The notes below the pieces were generated by a model, which made no database searches, was not told the DNA's origin, and was given only the letters and a program-made list of their open reading frames with translations. From positions 1 through 52,072 of the forward strand of contig CAZPYT010000002.1 in assembly GCA_964590955.1 (NCBI GenBank): a DNA stretch of 52,072 nucleotides, in the 5' to 3' direction. Positions 27,501 through 36,896 of this stretch are shown piece by piece. Numbering within the stretch: position 1 is the first letter of the stretch; every line of letters begins with the position of its first letter. This DNA is from an uncultured Candidatus Saccharibacteria bacterium (GTDB lineage: Bacteria > Patescibacteriota > WWE3 > UBA101185 > UBA10185). The position numbers were made by a program, and so were the translations under genes.

Positions 27501-27545
27501 AATGGCACCAGGTTAACTTAATCTTGGTGCCATTTTCTTTTTATT
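27501..27545 (+). terminator. rho-independent terminator of the cassette
   Basis: AATGGCACCA (27501-27510) pairs with TGGTGCCATT (27526-27535), followed by TTCTTTTTATT. Confidence 0.75.
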
Positions 27546-27556
27546 ACATAATTCTT

Positions 27557-29053
27557 TTACTCAACTTTATATATTAAAATTTCTTCATTACTTAGAACTT
27601 TCTGATATTTGCTCAAAGAGTTTTCGAACAATCTCCATCTGAGGATGTATAATGGATATTTATCGATGAGGGGCATCTTGTTTTTGTACATTAAAATTTG
27701 CTTTGATACAACCACATACTCATACTTCTCAGGATCCTGAGGGTAAAAAAACTGAGCTCCCTCGTTTTCATAGACTGGTACAAGTTCAACATGCGCGCCC
27801 GGTAGTTTATAAAAAGGGTCCAAACCCTCTTCTGTATATACAAGTTTTCTTGCTTTGGGATCTAAATTTTCAAGAGCCCAATAGTAAGCTGCTGATCTTG
27901 GAGTTTCCCTTTGAAATTCAGTAAGAAGTGCTATCGGGTTTAATAAGTATATCGATAGAACAAGCGCTGTAACTATAATCTTACTTTTTTTTCCGTGCAA
28001 AATTTGGAGCATTATTGTAATCCCATACCCGGCATAAGCAAAAAATATTGGCAGTATTGGCAAGAGCCACCTATCTACTCGTCTGTTTTGTATAGAGAAA
28101 AATAAAATATAGAGAACAGTTGTACCTGCCAAAAAGATATGAAATGCATTTTTATTTCTGAAAGACTTTAATGTCCCGAAGAGTGCGCTCAGCCAAACTA
28201 TCGGTGTTGCCATTTCGTTAAGCGCCAAAAAATATTTGAAAGGAGAAGTGTCCACTGAGTCAAAAACCAGCCCGGCTTCTTTAAAGAACATTTCATAAAT
28301 TCTAAAAAAGAATCTGTCAGAAAAAATTAAAGCAAAAGGGTTGGAAATTATAAATGCACCTAGAATAATCAATAAAAACGCACCGGCGCTTTTCCAATCT
28401 TTTTTTGCCCAAAAGATAAATAAATAGAATGGTAATCCCAGTAACGTTGTAATTTTTGTGCCAATGGCTAAACCAAACAATATTCCCGTTACGAGAACAT
28501 ACTTAGTGTCAGACTCTTTCAAGTAATATTTCAATAGTGCTGCATAAGACAAAGATAGTAATATTGTTTGTGTTAAGTCGGCGTTAATATAATGCGCGTG
28601 AACAATAAATTTCCAATTTAAAGCTGCAAAAAAAACAGCCCAAAAAGTTGCCCATTTGTTTTTGAAAAGCCCCTGAGTGATTATTCCTACAGCTAATACG
28701 ATAAACATCGAAAAAAAAGCGTTTATTACTCTCAAAAACACATAAATGTGCATTTTTTCAAATCCTATAGCTAATAGCCCAAGAATCTTACTAAAACCCA
28801 TTGTTGCAAAAGTATTAAGATATGTCGGAAAAGTGCCATAAATAAAAGAAATTGGGACAAGCTTGTAATAATCGCGTTCCCGTAAGATATTACGAATTTC
28901 GTAGGTATATTTAATTGCCGGTTCAACAATTTCAGGCTCGTCTGCCGGAAAAGTCTGCGGGAGTCCAAATTCTATGTGCCAAAGTCTAAAAAACAAACCT
29001 ACGGTACATACGAGTAGAAACAGTGAAATATATTTGCGAGTGGTCATACTCAA
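27557..29053 (-). CDS. GT39/ArnT-like (GT-C) glycosyltransferase
   Basis: 498 aa, polytopic, with a first-loop acidic motif FPADEPEIVEP and PMT_2-like organisation. Confidence 0.7.
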   Translation of the reverse strand: MSMTTRKYISLFLLVCTVGLFFRLWHIEFGLPQTFPADEPEIVEPAIKYTYEIRNILRERDYYKLVPISFIYGTFPTYLNTFATMGFSKILGLLAIGFEKMHIYVFLRVINAFFSMFIVLAVGIITQGLFKNKWATFWAVFFAALNWKFIVHAHYINADLTQTILLSLSYAALLKYYLKESDTKYVLVTGILFGLAIGTKITTLLGLPFYLFIFWAKKDWKSAGAFLLIILGAFIISNPFALIFSDRFFFRIYEMFFKEAGLVFDSVDTSPFKYFLALNEMATPIVWLSALFGTLKSFRNKNAFHIFLAGTTVLYILFFSIQNRRVDRWLLPILPIFFAYAGYGITIMLQILHGKKSKIIVTALVLSIYLLNPIALLTEFQRETPRSAAYYWALENLDPKARKLVYTEEGLDPFYKLPGAHVELVPVYENEGAQFFYPQDPEKYEYVVVSKQILMYKNKMPLIDKYPLYILRWRLFENSLSKYQKVLSNEEILIYKVE

Positions 29054-30327
29054 ATCTTTTTAAGAATTTTTCTGGTTTCGATTTTGTAGCTTTCAACATT
29101 TGGTTGATCGAATGCATTAACGCCCAAAAGTTTTGCTAGAATCATAATCTCGATCATTTTTAATTGCATGTACTGCCCAAGAGAATTAAGAGATATATCA
29201 TCCAGCACAACCTCCATAAATGGCAAATCGTTCTTTTTGTAAGCTTCTTTAACACCTTGTAGTATAGCCCCCATAATTTCTGCACTTGAATTATCTTCGA
29301 CATCTTTCAAAATATCTAACACCGCTTCTTTCGGAATGCTGATATCGTTCTTTGTATGGTCACTTGAAATAAATGTAAATAGCTTATTTTTTATTCCGCC
29401 AAGATATAATTGCCCCATAGAGTGCAGATCCGTTGAGCCAATGGATACTGTAGGAGTTATGCCCTTTCCGTCTTTACCTATGCTTTCACCCATAAGCTGT
29501 CTATACCACTTGCCTAAAGATTCCAATTCAGGGTTAAAGAAGAAATTATCGTTTATGTGTTTTCCTTTTGTATAGTTGGAAAAAAGAATTATTGCCGATA
29601 AAGCAGCGGGGTTTTTATAAATATTTTTGTTAAGGCACACCTTCCTTGCTTCCATCGCGCCTTTTAAAAGCTGTGGGATTTCCAAGCCAACACATGCTAA
29701 TGGAAATAAGCCTACACTTGAAAATACAGAAAATCTTCCTCCGACCTTGTTTGGTATAGGTAATAAGTCTATGTTCATGTTTCTTGCAGCTTTCCATAAA
29801 TCAGAACCGTACAGGGTAGTTATTACCGTTCGTTTTTTTGTATAGGGAACTTTTCCCATTATAATTTCAAGATTTTCGATGGTTTCAGTGGTTGTACCAG
29901 ATTTACTGATAGCGTTTAATACTACTTCTTCATGATCATTAATATTATTTTTTAAAAATTTAGACAATTTAGTGAGATAAGTAGGATCGTTAGTGTCTAC
30001 AAATATCATCTTTGGGAATCTGCTCGGTTCTATAGTGTCGTAGTGTCCAAACATGGCGTCATATACGGTCTTTGTACCCAGATTAGAGCCGCCTATTCCA
30101 ATATCTATTACATATTTTAGCTTGGATGTTACATATTTCTTTTTAAGTTTATATATTTGATCAATTACCTTTTCATCAAAAGGAAGATTTATAGAACTTT
30201 CTTCATATGAGTAATTATCTGCTTTAGCAACTTTTTGCAATCGTTCTATGTAATTTTCAACCAAATCTGCTTCATTTTGAATTTCTTCTTTTGATACGTG
30301 AGCAGTGTGTTCGTATTTAAAGAGCAT
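29050..30327 (-). CDS. pgi: glucose-6-phosphate isomerase
   Basis: IGIGGSNLGTK, SKSGTTTET, GGRFSVFS, and a C-terminal FDQPNVE motif. Confidence 0.9.
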   Translation of the reverse strand: MLFKYEHTAHVSKEEIQNEADLVENYIERLQKVAKADNYSYEESSINLPFDEKVIDQIYKLKKKYVTSKLKYVIDIGIGGSNLGTKTVYDAMFGHYDTIEPSRFPKMIFVDTNDPTYLTKLSKFLKNNINDHEEVVLNAISKSGTTTETIENLEIIMGKVPYTKKRTVITTLYGSDLWKAARNMNIDLLPIPNKVGGRFSVFSSVGLFPLACVGLEIPQLLKGAMEARKVCLNKNIYKNPAALSAIILFSNYTKGKHINDNFFFNPELESLGKWYRQLMGESIGKDGKGITPTVSIGSTDLHSMGQLYLGGIKNKLFTFISSDHTKNDISIPKEAVLDILKDVEDNSSAEIMGAILQGVKEAYKKNDLPFMEVVLDDISLNSLGQYMQLKMIEIMILAKLLGVNAFDQPNVESYKIETRKILKKI

Positions 30328-30370
30328 GCTTTATTCTATCATCAAAAATGTTTGTTAGAATAGATATGCC

Positions 30371-32959
30371 ATGTCGGAATTTGAAACACCAATGATGCTT
30401 CAATATAAAAAGATAAAAGAGCAATATAGCGATTGTTTGCTGTTTTTTCGTTTAGGGGATTTTTACGAGCTTTTTTTGGAGGACGCAGAAATCGGAGCCA
30501 AAGTATTGAATATTACTCTGACCTCTAGAGATAGAGGTAAGGATGGGCGTATACCTATGGCCGGTGTTCCATATCACGCCGCCGACACATACCTTGCTAA
30601 ATTGGTTGAAGCCGGATACAAAGTTGCAATCTGCGAACAAATCAGCGAACCTTCCGGCGGCGTTCTAGTTGATAGAGAAGTAGTGCGTATTGTTACTCCC
30701 GGCACAATTTTAAGCGATTCTACGTTAATGCATTGCCGTAATAACTATCTTGTCAGCATTTCAAAAGCTGCTAATGCTATCGCCTTTGCATTTTCGGACA
30801 TTTCAACAGGGGAGTTTGTTTTTTCGGAGATCTCTTATATAAAAGAAAATCTGGCTGACATTGTTTCTCAAGAAATCGGAAGATTCCAGCCTTCTGAATG
30901 TATTTTGTCCAACGATTTATATAATGACCCTGTTTTCTTAAAATACCTTACCAATAACCCTGATCCCAATATCTACCCTTTCCATAACTGGGATCTTTAT
31001 GCAGCGGACTATAAAACTTCCAAAAAATATATTCAGGATCATTTTAAAATCTCTAATTTACATGCTTTTTCTCTCGAAGGAAAAGAAGCTGCATGTCAGG
31101 CAGTCGCAGCATTACTCGCTTATTTAAAACACACGCAAAAAAACCATGTGAACCACATTAAAAAAATTGGGCAATACAAAGCACTAAAAAGTGTTGAAAT
31201 TGATAAGTCAACTCTAACCAACCTTGAGCTATTTTCGACTTTGAGAGATAACTCTAAATCAGGAACTTTATACAATACCCTTGATCGCACAAAAACTGCA
31301 ATGGGAGCAAGACTGCTGAGAAAATGGCTGATGCAGCCATCATCAGATTTAGCAGAAATAAATTATCGTTTAGAAATAGTTGACTATTTAAAAAAACAAC
31401 GTGACTTGAGAAAAAACATTGTATCTGATCTTAATAATATAATGGATATTGAGAGATTATTTTCCAAATTATCTGTTGGGTTAGGTAATGCACGCGATCT
31501 TGTAAATCTTAAAAATTCTCTAGTTACCGTTCTGTCTTTAAAAGGCAAATTAGCAGATCCGATATTCTCAAAATTTAATAACTCGCTGTCAGTCGATTTA
31601 AAAAATGCAATTGCTCCGGTAGATAAATATATTACGGACGATCCCCCGGTCGATTTAAAAGAAGGCGGACTGATTAAAACCGGAGTCAGCTCGAAAATAG
31701 ATCAGCTTAGAACACGCGTCTATCATAGTAAAGAATGGATTTCCCGTCTCGAGAAAGATGAAAGGACTCGTTCAGGAATTACCTCATTGAAGGTAAAATA
31801 TAACAAAGTATTTGGATATTATATTGAAATTAGTAATTCAAATCTTGAATATGTACCTGAAAATTATATTAGAAAACAAACTTTGGTTAATGCCGAGAGA
31901 TACATTACGCCCGAACTGAAAGAACAGGAAGAGCTGGTTTTATCAGCCAGCGAAGAGCTGAAAAACCTTGAGTACGATCTCTTTCTTGAGGTAGTGCAGG
32001 AAGTCTTAAAATGTATTGATACTGTGCAAAATTCTGCCGAAGCAACCGCAATTTTAGATTGTCTTGTGACTTTTGCGGATACGGCTGAGCGTAATAACTA
32101 TGTTAGGCCAAATATGACCACTGATGGCGTTATTGATATTAAAAACGGTAGACATCCTGTTATTGAATTGCTGATCGAAAATCAGCAATTTGTTCCAAAC
32201 GATGTCTGTTTAGATAATTCTGAAAATCAACTTTTACTTATTACCGGTCCAAACATGGCAGGTAAATCTGTTTATATTAGGCAGGTTGCAGTACTTGTAT
32301 TAATGGCTCATATCGGAAGTTTTATTCCGGCTACAGAGGCGTCAATCAGTCTTGTGGATAGAATTTTTGTTAGAAGTGGTGCATCGGACGTTATCTCAAA
32401 GGGATTGTCTACTTTTATGGTGGAAATGATTGAAGCCGCATATATCTTGAATCACGCCACTAAAGACAGTTTGATTGTTATGGATGAAATCGGAAGAGGG
32501 ACAAGTACCTACGATGGTATAAGTATTGCCAGCGCAATCGCTGAGTATCTCGTGACCGGGTATTCATCCGGAGGGCCAAAGACTTTGTTTGCAACACATT
32601 ACCATGAGCTCCAGAATCTTGAATCGCAATTGACCGGTGTCAAGAATTTTCAAGTTATCGTTAAGCACGAAAACGGTACGCCCGTATTTTTACACAAAGT
32701 AGTTACCGGTGGGGCTTCACATAGTTTTGGTGTTGCTGTGGCGAAAATGGCAGGAGTTCCTGATCAAATAATTTCACGGGCAAAAATCTTGTTGAGGTCT
32801 TATGAAAATGGAGATGCAGAACTTCCTTCAATTATTTATGATAATGCTGCTATTGAAAATTCTCCTATAACGGAAAAGCTTAAGGAAATTGACCCTCAAA
32901 AAATAACACCTATCGAAGCCTTGAATATTCTTGTAGATCTGAAAAAGTTAACAGAGTAG
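30371..32959 (+). CDS. mutS: DNA mismatch repair protein MutS
   Basis: TPMMLQYKKIKEQ..LLFFRLGDFYELF, Walker A GPNMAGKS, DEIGRGTSTYDG, THYHEL. Confidence 0.95.
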   Translation: MSEFETPMMLQYKKIKEQYSDCLLFFRLGDFYELFLEDAEIGAKVLNITLTSRDRGKDGRIPMAGVPYHAADTYLAKLVEAGYKVAICEQISEPSGGVLVDREVVRIVTPGTILSDSTLMHCRNNYLVSISKAANAIAFAFSDISTGEFVFSEISYIKENLADIVSQEIGRFQPSECILSNDLYNDPVFLKYLTNNPDPNIYPFHNWDLYAADYKTSKKYIQDHFKISNLHAFSLEGKEAACQAVAALLAYLKHTQKNHVNHIKKIGQYKALKSVEIDKSTLTNLELFSTLRDNSKSGTLYNTLDRTKTAMGARLLRKWLMQPSSDLAEINYRLEIVDYLKKQRDLRKNIVSDLNNIMDIERLFSKLSVGLGNARDLVNLKNSLVTVLSLKGKLADPIFSKFNNSLSVDLKNAIAPVDKYITDDPPVDLKEGGLIKTGVSSKIDQLRTRVYHSKEWISRLEKDERTRSGITSLKVKYNKVFGYYIEISNSNLEYVPENYIRKQTLVNAERYITPELKEQEELVLSASEELKNLEYDLFLEVVQEVLKCIDTVQNSAEATAILDCLVTFADTAERNNYVRPNMTTDGVIDIKNGRHPVIELLIENQQFVPNDVCLDNSENQLLLITGPNMAGKSVYIRQVAVLVLMAHIGSFIPATEASISLVDRIFVRSGASDVISKGLSTFMVEMIEAAYILNHATKDSLIVMDEIGRGTSTYDGISIASAIAEYLVTGYSSGGPKTLFATHYHELQNLESQLTGVKNFQVIVKHENGTPVFLHKVVTGGASHSFGVAVAKMAGVPDQIISRAKILLRSYENGDAELPSIIYDNAAIENSPITEKLKEIDPQKITPIEALNILVDLKKLTE

Positions 32960-32986
32960 CACAATACCCGATATAATAATTTACAC

Positions 32987-34639
32987 ATGGGAATTATTAA
33001 AACCTTAGACAAGGAGACTATTTCTAAAATTGCAGCCGGAGAAGTTATTGATCGACCATCCAGTGTAGTAAAAGAATTGCTTGAGAATGCAGTAGATGCC
33101 AATTCAAAGTCCATAAAAATATTTATTAAGGATGCCGGATTAAAAGAAATAACTGTAATTGACGACGGTGACGGTATGTCAAAAGAAGATTTGAGCGAGT
33201 GCTTTAAAAGGCACGCAACCAGCAAAATCAGTTCCATCAATGATTTAGAAACTCACCTGCTTTTTGGATTTAGAGGTGAGGCTTTATATAGTATTGCCAG
33301 CGTTAGCCAGCTACTTATTTCATCAAGAAGATCAGACACTTTGGAAGGAAACTTCATTGATTTAGAAGGCGGAGATGTAATTAACTCGGGAATGATAGGT
33401 ATGCCCATCGGTACAAAAGTGCAGGTTAAAAATTTATTCTATAATGTCCCGGCGAGAAAAAAATATCTAAAAGACGCCGGAGAAGAACTCAGATTTATTA
33501 CAAATACAATAACCCGCTTCAGCATGATACATCCAGATATTAGTTTCAGATTTTATCACAACGAGACTGAACTGTTGAATTTACAGCAAGATGAGGATCA
33601 CTGGGCAAGAATAAAAAACTTATTTTCTGAGGAGTATGCCAATTCTTTGATTCCAATAAGCATTTCAGACCCTGCGGTCTCAGCTAAAGGTTATATATCG
33701 CGTCCGGAAGAATTTAGAGCAGGCAAACTGAAACAATTTATCTATGTGAACAATCGTCATATTCGAGACAATATGATATCCGATGCAGTTAAGTCTGCCT
33801 ATGGAAATTTAGCCGACAATAAAAAATATCCCCAATTTATACTTTTTATTGAAACCCCTGCAAATACAATAGATGTAAATATCCATCCGCAAAAAGAAAA
33901 AATAAGATTTTTAAATAAAGATTTAATTTATTCTTTGATACGAGAAAATGTTTTAGCAGCGCTGCAGTCTCAAGATCTTACACCGCAAAACAGTCCGTAT
34001 AAATTTGTTAGAGATGCGCTGAGTGAGTCTGAGTATGATTTTGTACTTCCCCAAAATTTAAAACTGAAAGAAAATGAGCACGAAAATTATATTCAACTTC
34101 ATAGTCTTTACATTGTTTTGGAAGTTCCGGAAGGCATGCTCATGCTTGATCAACACGCAGCACACGAACGTATTATATTCGAAAAAATGTCTACTGCTCT
34201 TGTAGAAAAACTTGACGACTATTATTCGATTGACTTATCTCAACCTCATGTTCTTATACTGGATAAGGAAGATTCTTATGTTGTTTATCAGGCTACTGAC
34301 GTGCTGGAAAAAATAGGTTTTAGAATTTCTGAGAACAAGATTATGTCTGTTCCTTACTTTTTACAGGGAAGAAATTTAGATTTGATCCTCAAAGAATTTA
34401 TTGATAACTATGACGACGGAAATTTAAAACCCGATCTTGATTCCAATACTTTAACTGCACTATCGCACCTTGCATGTAAGGCTGCTATAAAAGATGGCCA
34501 AAAACTATCACAGGCTGAAATGCAGTATATTGTAGAAGAACTGAAGGTATGTAAAACCCCTTATACATGCCCGCATGGACGTCCGGCACAGGTTCTCATC
34601 CCAAAAAACGAAATAGAAAAGTGGTTCAAAAGAACTTAG
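32987..34639 (+). CDS. mutL: DNA mismatch repair protein MutL
   Basis: IAAGEVIDRPSSVVKELLENAVDA, DDGDGM, GFRGEAL. C-terminal QHAAHERI and CPHGRP motifs. Confidence 0.95.
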   Translation: MGIIKTLDKETISKIAAGEVIDRPSSVVKELLENAVDANSKSIKIFIKDAGLKEITVIDDGDGMSKEDLSECFKRHATSKISSINDLETHLLFGFRGEALYSIASVSQLLISSRRSDTLEGNFIDLEGGDVINSGMIGMPIGTKVQVKNLFYNVPARKKYLKDAGEELRFITNTITRFSMIHPDISFRFYHNETELLNLQQDEDHWARIKNLFSEEYANSLIPISISDPAVSAKGYISRPEEFRAGKLKQFIYVNNRHIRDNMISDAVKSAYGNLADNKKYPQFILFIETPANTIDVNIHPQKEKIRFLNKDLIYSLIRENVLAALQSQDLTPQNSPYKFVRDALSESEYDFVLPQNLKLKENEHENYIQLHSLYIVLEVPEGMLMLDQHAAHERIIFEKMSTALVEKLDDYYSIDLSQPHVLILDKEDSYVVYQATDVLEKIGFRISENKIMSVPYFLQGRNLDLILKEFIDNYDDGNLKPDLDSNTLTALSHLACKAAIKDGQKLSQAEMQYIVEELKVCKTPYTCPHGRPAQVLIPKNEIEKWFKRT

Positions 34640-35421
34640 GCCAGCAGGTATCCAAACTCATTGCTCAAATCGATTTTCTTTAATATTTTTTTATTTGTTG
34701 TATTTATAAAAGATTTTATTATTTTATCTTCTCGGTATTCTATGTCTTGCTTTTTCACCATCGCTTCTTTGCTTCCCGTTATTAAAATGTATTTGGCATT
34801 TACTTTTGAAAGTAGTTCCAGTAGTGATTTCTCTTGACGGTAAATTACGGGAATTAGCTTTAACATAAAAGCAAAGTCATACGTTTCGTGATTGCTTGTT
34901 AAGAATTCTTGCAGCTCTAAATTAATCAACTCCACATAATCAGGTAGCTGCGCTGACTTAAGTTTGTCATAGGATTTTTTATCTTTATCGACCCACACAA
35001 ATTCGTTGAAGTTAAATTTTTCGAAGGGGACTGTAATTGGAAACATTCCTCCTCCCAGATCAAGTACTTTTTTAGAAAGTTGTAATTCCGGAGTTATCTG
35101 CTCAAAAAAAGAATTAATTTCTTTCTGTCTTTCAGCTGTAGAAATATGAGACTCAGCCGACACATCACGGTTCATCTGATAGCTGCGAAGTTTGTAGTAA
35201 ATGTCTTTTTTAAGATCCTTTATAAAATCTTTGTAAATTCTGGTTTTGTAAATTTCCTTCAAATCTCTATGTAGTATTTCAAATAAAGCCTTATTTTTAT
35301 CAAGTTTTTGAAGAACTGCACTTTCAGCGTCTTTTTCTGATATTTTGTATTTTTTACATATTAAATTAACCTGTTCGTTAATGAAATCCCTGTTCACATT
35401 AGTATGATAACATTTAACCAT
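34636..35421 (-). CDS. ArmA/Rmt (FmrO)-family 16S rRNA (guanine1405-N7)-methyltransferase homologue
   Basis: Collinear with my recollection of ArmA: HISTAER (HSSTNER), VLDLGGGMFPITV (ILDFGCGFNPLAL), YDFAFMLKLIPVIYRQ (YDVVFLLKMLPVLKQQ), NEFGYLL (NELVYIT). Confidence 0.6.
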   Translation of the reverse strand: MVKCYHTNVNRDFINEQVNLICKKYKISEKDAESAVLQKLDKNKALFEILHRDLKEIYKTRIYKDFIKDLKKDIYYKLRSYQMNRDVSAESHISTAERQKEINSFFEQITPELQLSKKVLDLGGGMFPITVPFEKFNFNEFVWVDKDKKSYDKLKSAQLPDYVELINLELQEFLTSNHETYDFAFMLKLIPVIYRQEKSLLELLSKVNAKYILITGSKEAMVKKQDIEYREDKIIKSFINTTNKKILKKIDLSNEFGYLLA

Positions 35422-35959
35422 GCCCACAACTCAATCTTTAAAAAATAAAGCACTAAGTTTTTTATTAGCTATTTTGTTATTAATTCTAGGAGGTTTTACT
35501 CTGACTTATGAGGAACCGGAGAAAGATGTTCTTGGTACTGATTACGTTTACGCAGAAGTAACCAAAGTAATTGATGGCGATACTTTTGAAGTTTCTATTG
35601 CCGGAGAGAGCTATAAAGTCCGCATGATAGGTATAGATACTCCCGAGACTGTTCATCCCCAAAAAGAAGTAGAGTGCTTCGGCAAAGAAGCCTTTGCCAA
35701 AACCGCTGAATTATTGTCTGGAGCAACCGTTATTTTAACCGGTGATTCTTCTCAGGATTCAAAGGACAAATATGGTCGTTTGTTAAAGTATGTTCATTTA
35801 GAGGATGGTACTTTTGTAAACAAGGTTCTTATTGAATCCGGTTATGCCTATGAATATACCTATGACGCGCCGTATAAATACCAAAGCGAATTTAGAGCTG
35901 CACAAAAGTATGCTGAAGATCAGGAGCTTGGTCTTTGGAATGAAAGCATTTGCCCATAA
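35420..35959 (+). CDS. membrane-anchored thermonuclease (SNase) homologue
   Basis: VIDGDTFEV, VRMIGIDTPET, ECFGKEA, DKYGRLLKYV, GYAY. N-terminal anchor LSFLLAILLLILGGF. Confidence 0.85.
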   Translation: MPTTQSLKNKALSFLLAILLLILGGFTLTYEEPEKDVLGTDYVYAEVTKVIDGDTFEVSIAGESYKVRMIGIDTPETVHPQKEVECFGKEAFAKTAELLSGATVILTGDSSQDSKDKYGRLLKYVHLEDGTFVNKVLIESGYAYEYTYDAPYKYQSEFRAAQKYAEDQELGLWNESICP

Positions 35960-35971
35960 CAAACCTATAGC

Positions 35972-36000
35972 TTTACATGCATGTGACTTTAGTATATAAT
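35972..36000 (+). promoter_or_regulatory. near-consensus sigma70 promoter of the GC-rich orphan gene
   Basis: TTTACA (35972-35977), 17-nt spacer, TATAAT (35995-36000). About 70-nt leader ending in TAAGGAGG. Confidence 0.6.
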
Positions 36001-36076
36001 GTCACCAATCTTTGCCCGGACCGGCAATCAAACATGGGTTCACTCTTAGTTTTACTAGGAGAATAAGGAGGTCGAT

Positions 36077-36841
36077 ATGACCACGAAAACTGGATCTACG
36101 CACAGGAATCGGTATGCTGTTTCCAACATTGGTACGAACGTGACTGCTTTTATGCCATACGGTGTTATTTTTTTGAAACCGTATCCCTTTGGCAATTTGC
36201 AGTTTCTTTACAATTCGTCTGAAATAGAAGAAGCTCATTTGCTTTTGCACTGGGCTCCCGAAATCCTGACGGATAATGGTTCTGATAGAGATGCCCTTCT
36301 GTATGCAGTACGCGAAGTTTTTACAGACTCTACTGTTACGCAAGTAGGTCATAGCCAGATCGATACCAGCATCCTTGTGAGTACGATTTCCATAGTTATG
36401 CCTCATCGAGTCAAATATCCTCCGAGTTTTGTTAAGGGTTATTCCCGAAAGCTATCCGGTGCATTGGCATGGCGCGTGCTGTCGATGATAGACGCTGATA
36501 TTAGGCATGTTATTGCAAATCTGAAAGCTGATGCTTTGTTGGAAGTAATCTTCAAGGAAGATTCCATCAGAAAGATTCATAATATCAACTGGCTGCTGGA
36601 ACAGGGTTTTCTGATGGCGGTTGATCAAAAGTTGAACGAACGCACAAATGCGATGTCCATTATCTCTGAAGTGCAAGCTCGAGAATCATGGGGAGAAACT
36701 GATCGAACCTTCCTATTCAAAGTCTTACGTCCTGAATTTGTGAATTCCTTCTTTTCCGCTAGTAAAGACGAATTTGTAAATTTATTTGGCGCCATTCTCG
36801 AAGGTGCGCGGGTATTGGATATTACAAACTACAATATATAA
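36077..36841 (+). CDS. hypothetical protein (GC-rich orphan)
   Basis: 254-aa ORF with a strong SD. A hand-counted sample (36101-36160) is 47% GC. No motif recognised. Confidence 0.55.
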   Translation: MTTKTGSTHRNRYAVSNIGTNVTAFMPYGVIFLKPYPFGNLQFLYNSSEIEEAHLLLHWAPEILTDNGSDRDALLYAVREVFTDSTVTQVGHSQIDTSILVSTISIVMPHRVKYPPSFVKGYSRKLSGALAWRVLSMIDADIRHVIANLKADALLEVIFKEDSIRKIHNINWLLEQGFLMAVDQKLNERTNAMSIISEVQARESWGETDRTFLFKVLRPEFVNSFFSASKDEFVNLFGAILEGARVLDITNYNI

Positions 36842-36847
36842 AAAAAT

Positions 36848-36896
36848 AAACAGATGTCATGGGCAACAACTCAAGGCATCTGTTTTCTTTTTTTAA
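36848..36896. terminator. bidirectional terminator
   Basis: AAACAGATG (36848-36856) pairs with CATCTGTTT (36877-36885), then TTCTTTTTTT. A-run upstream, between convergent genes. Confidence 0.7.
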
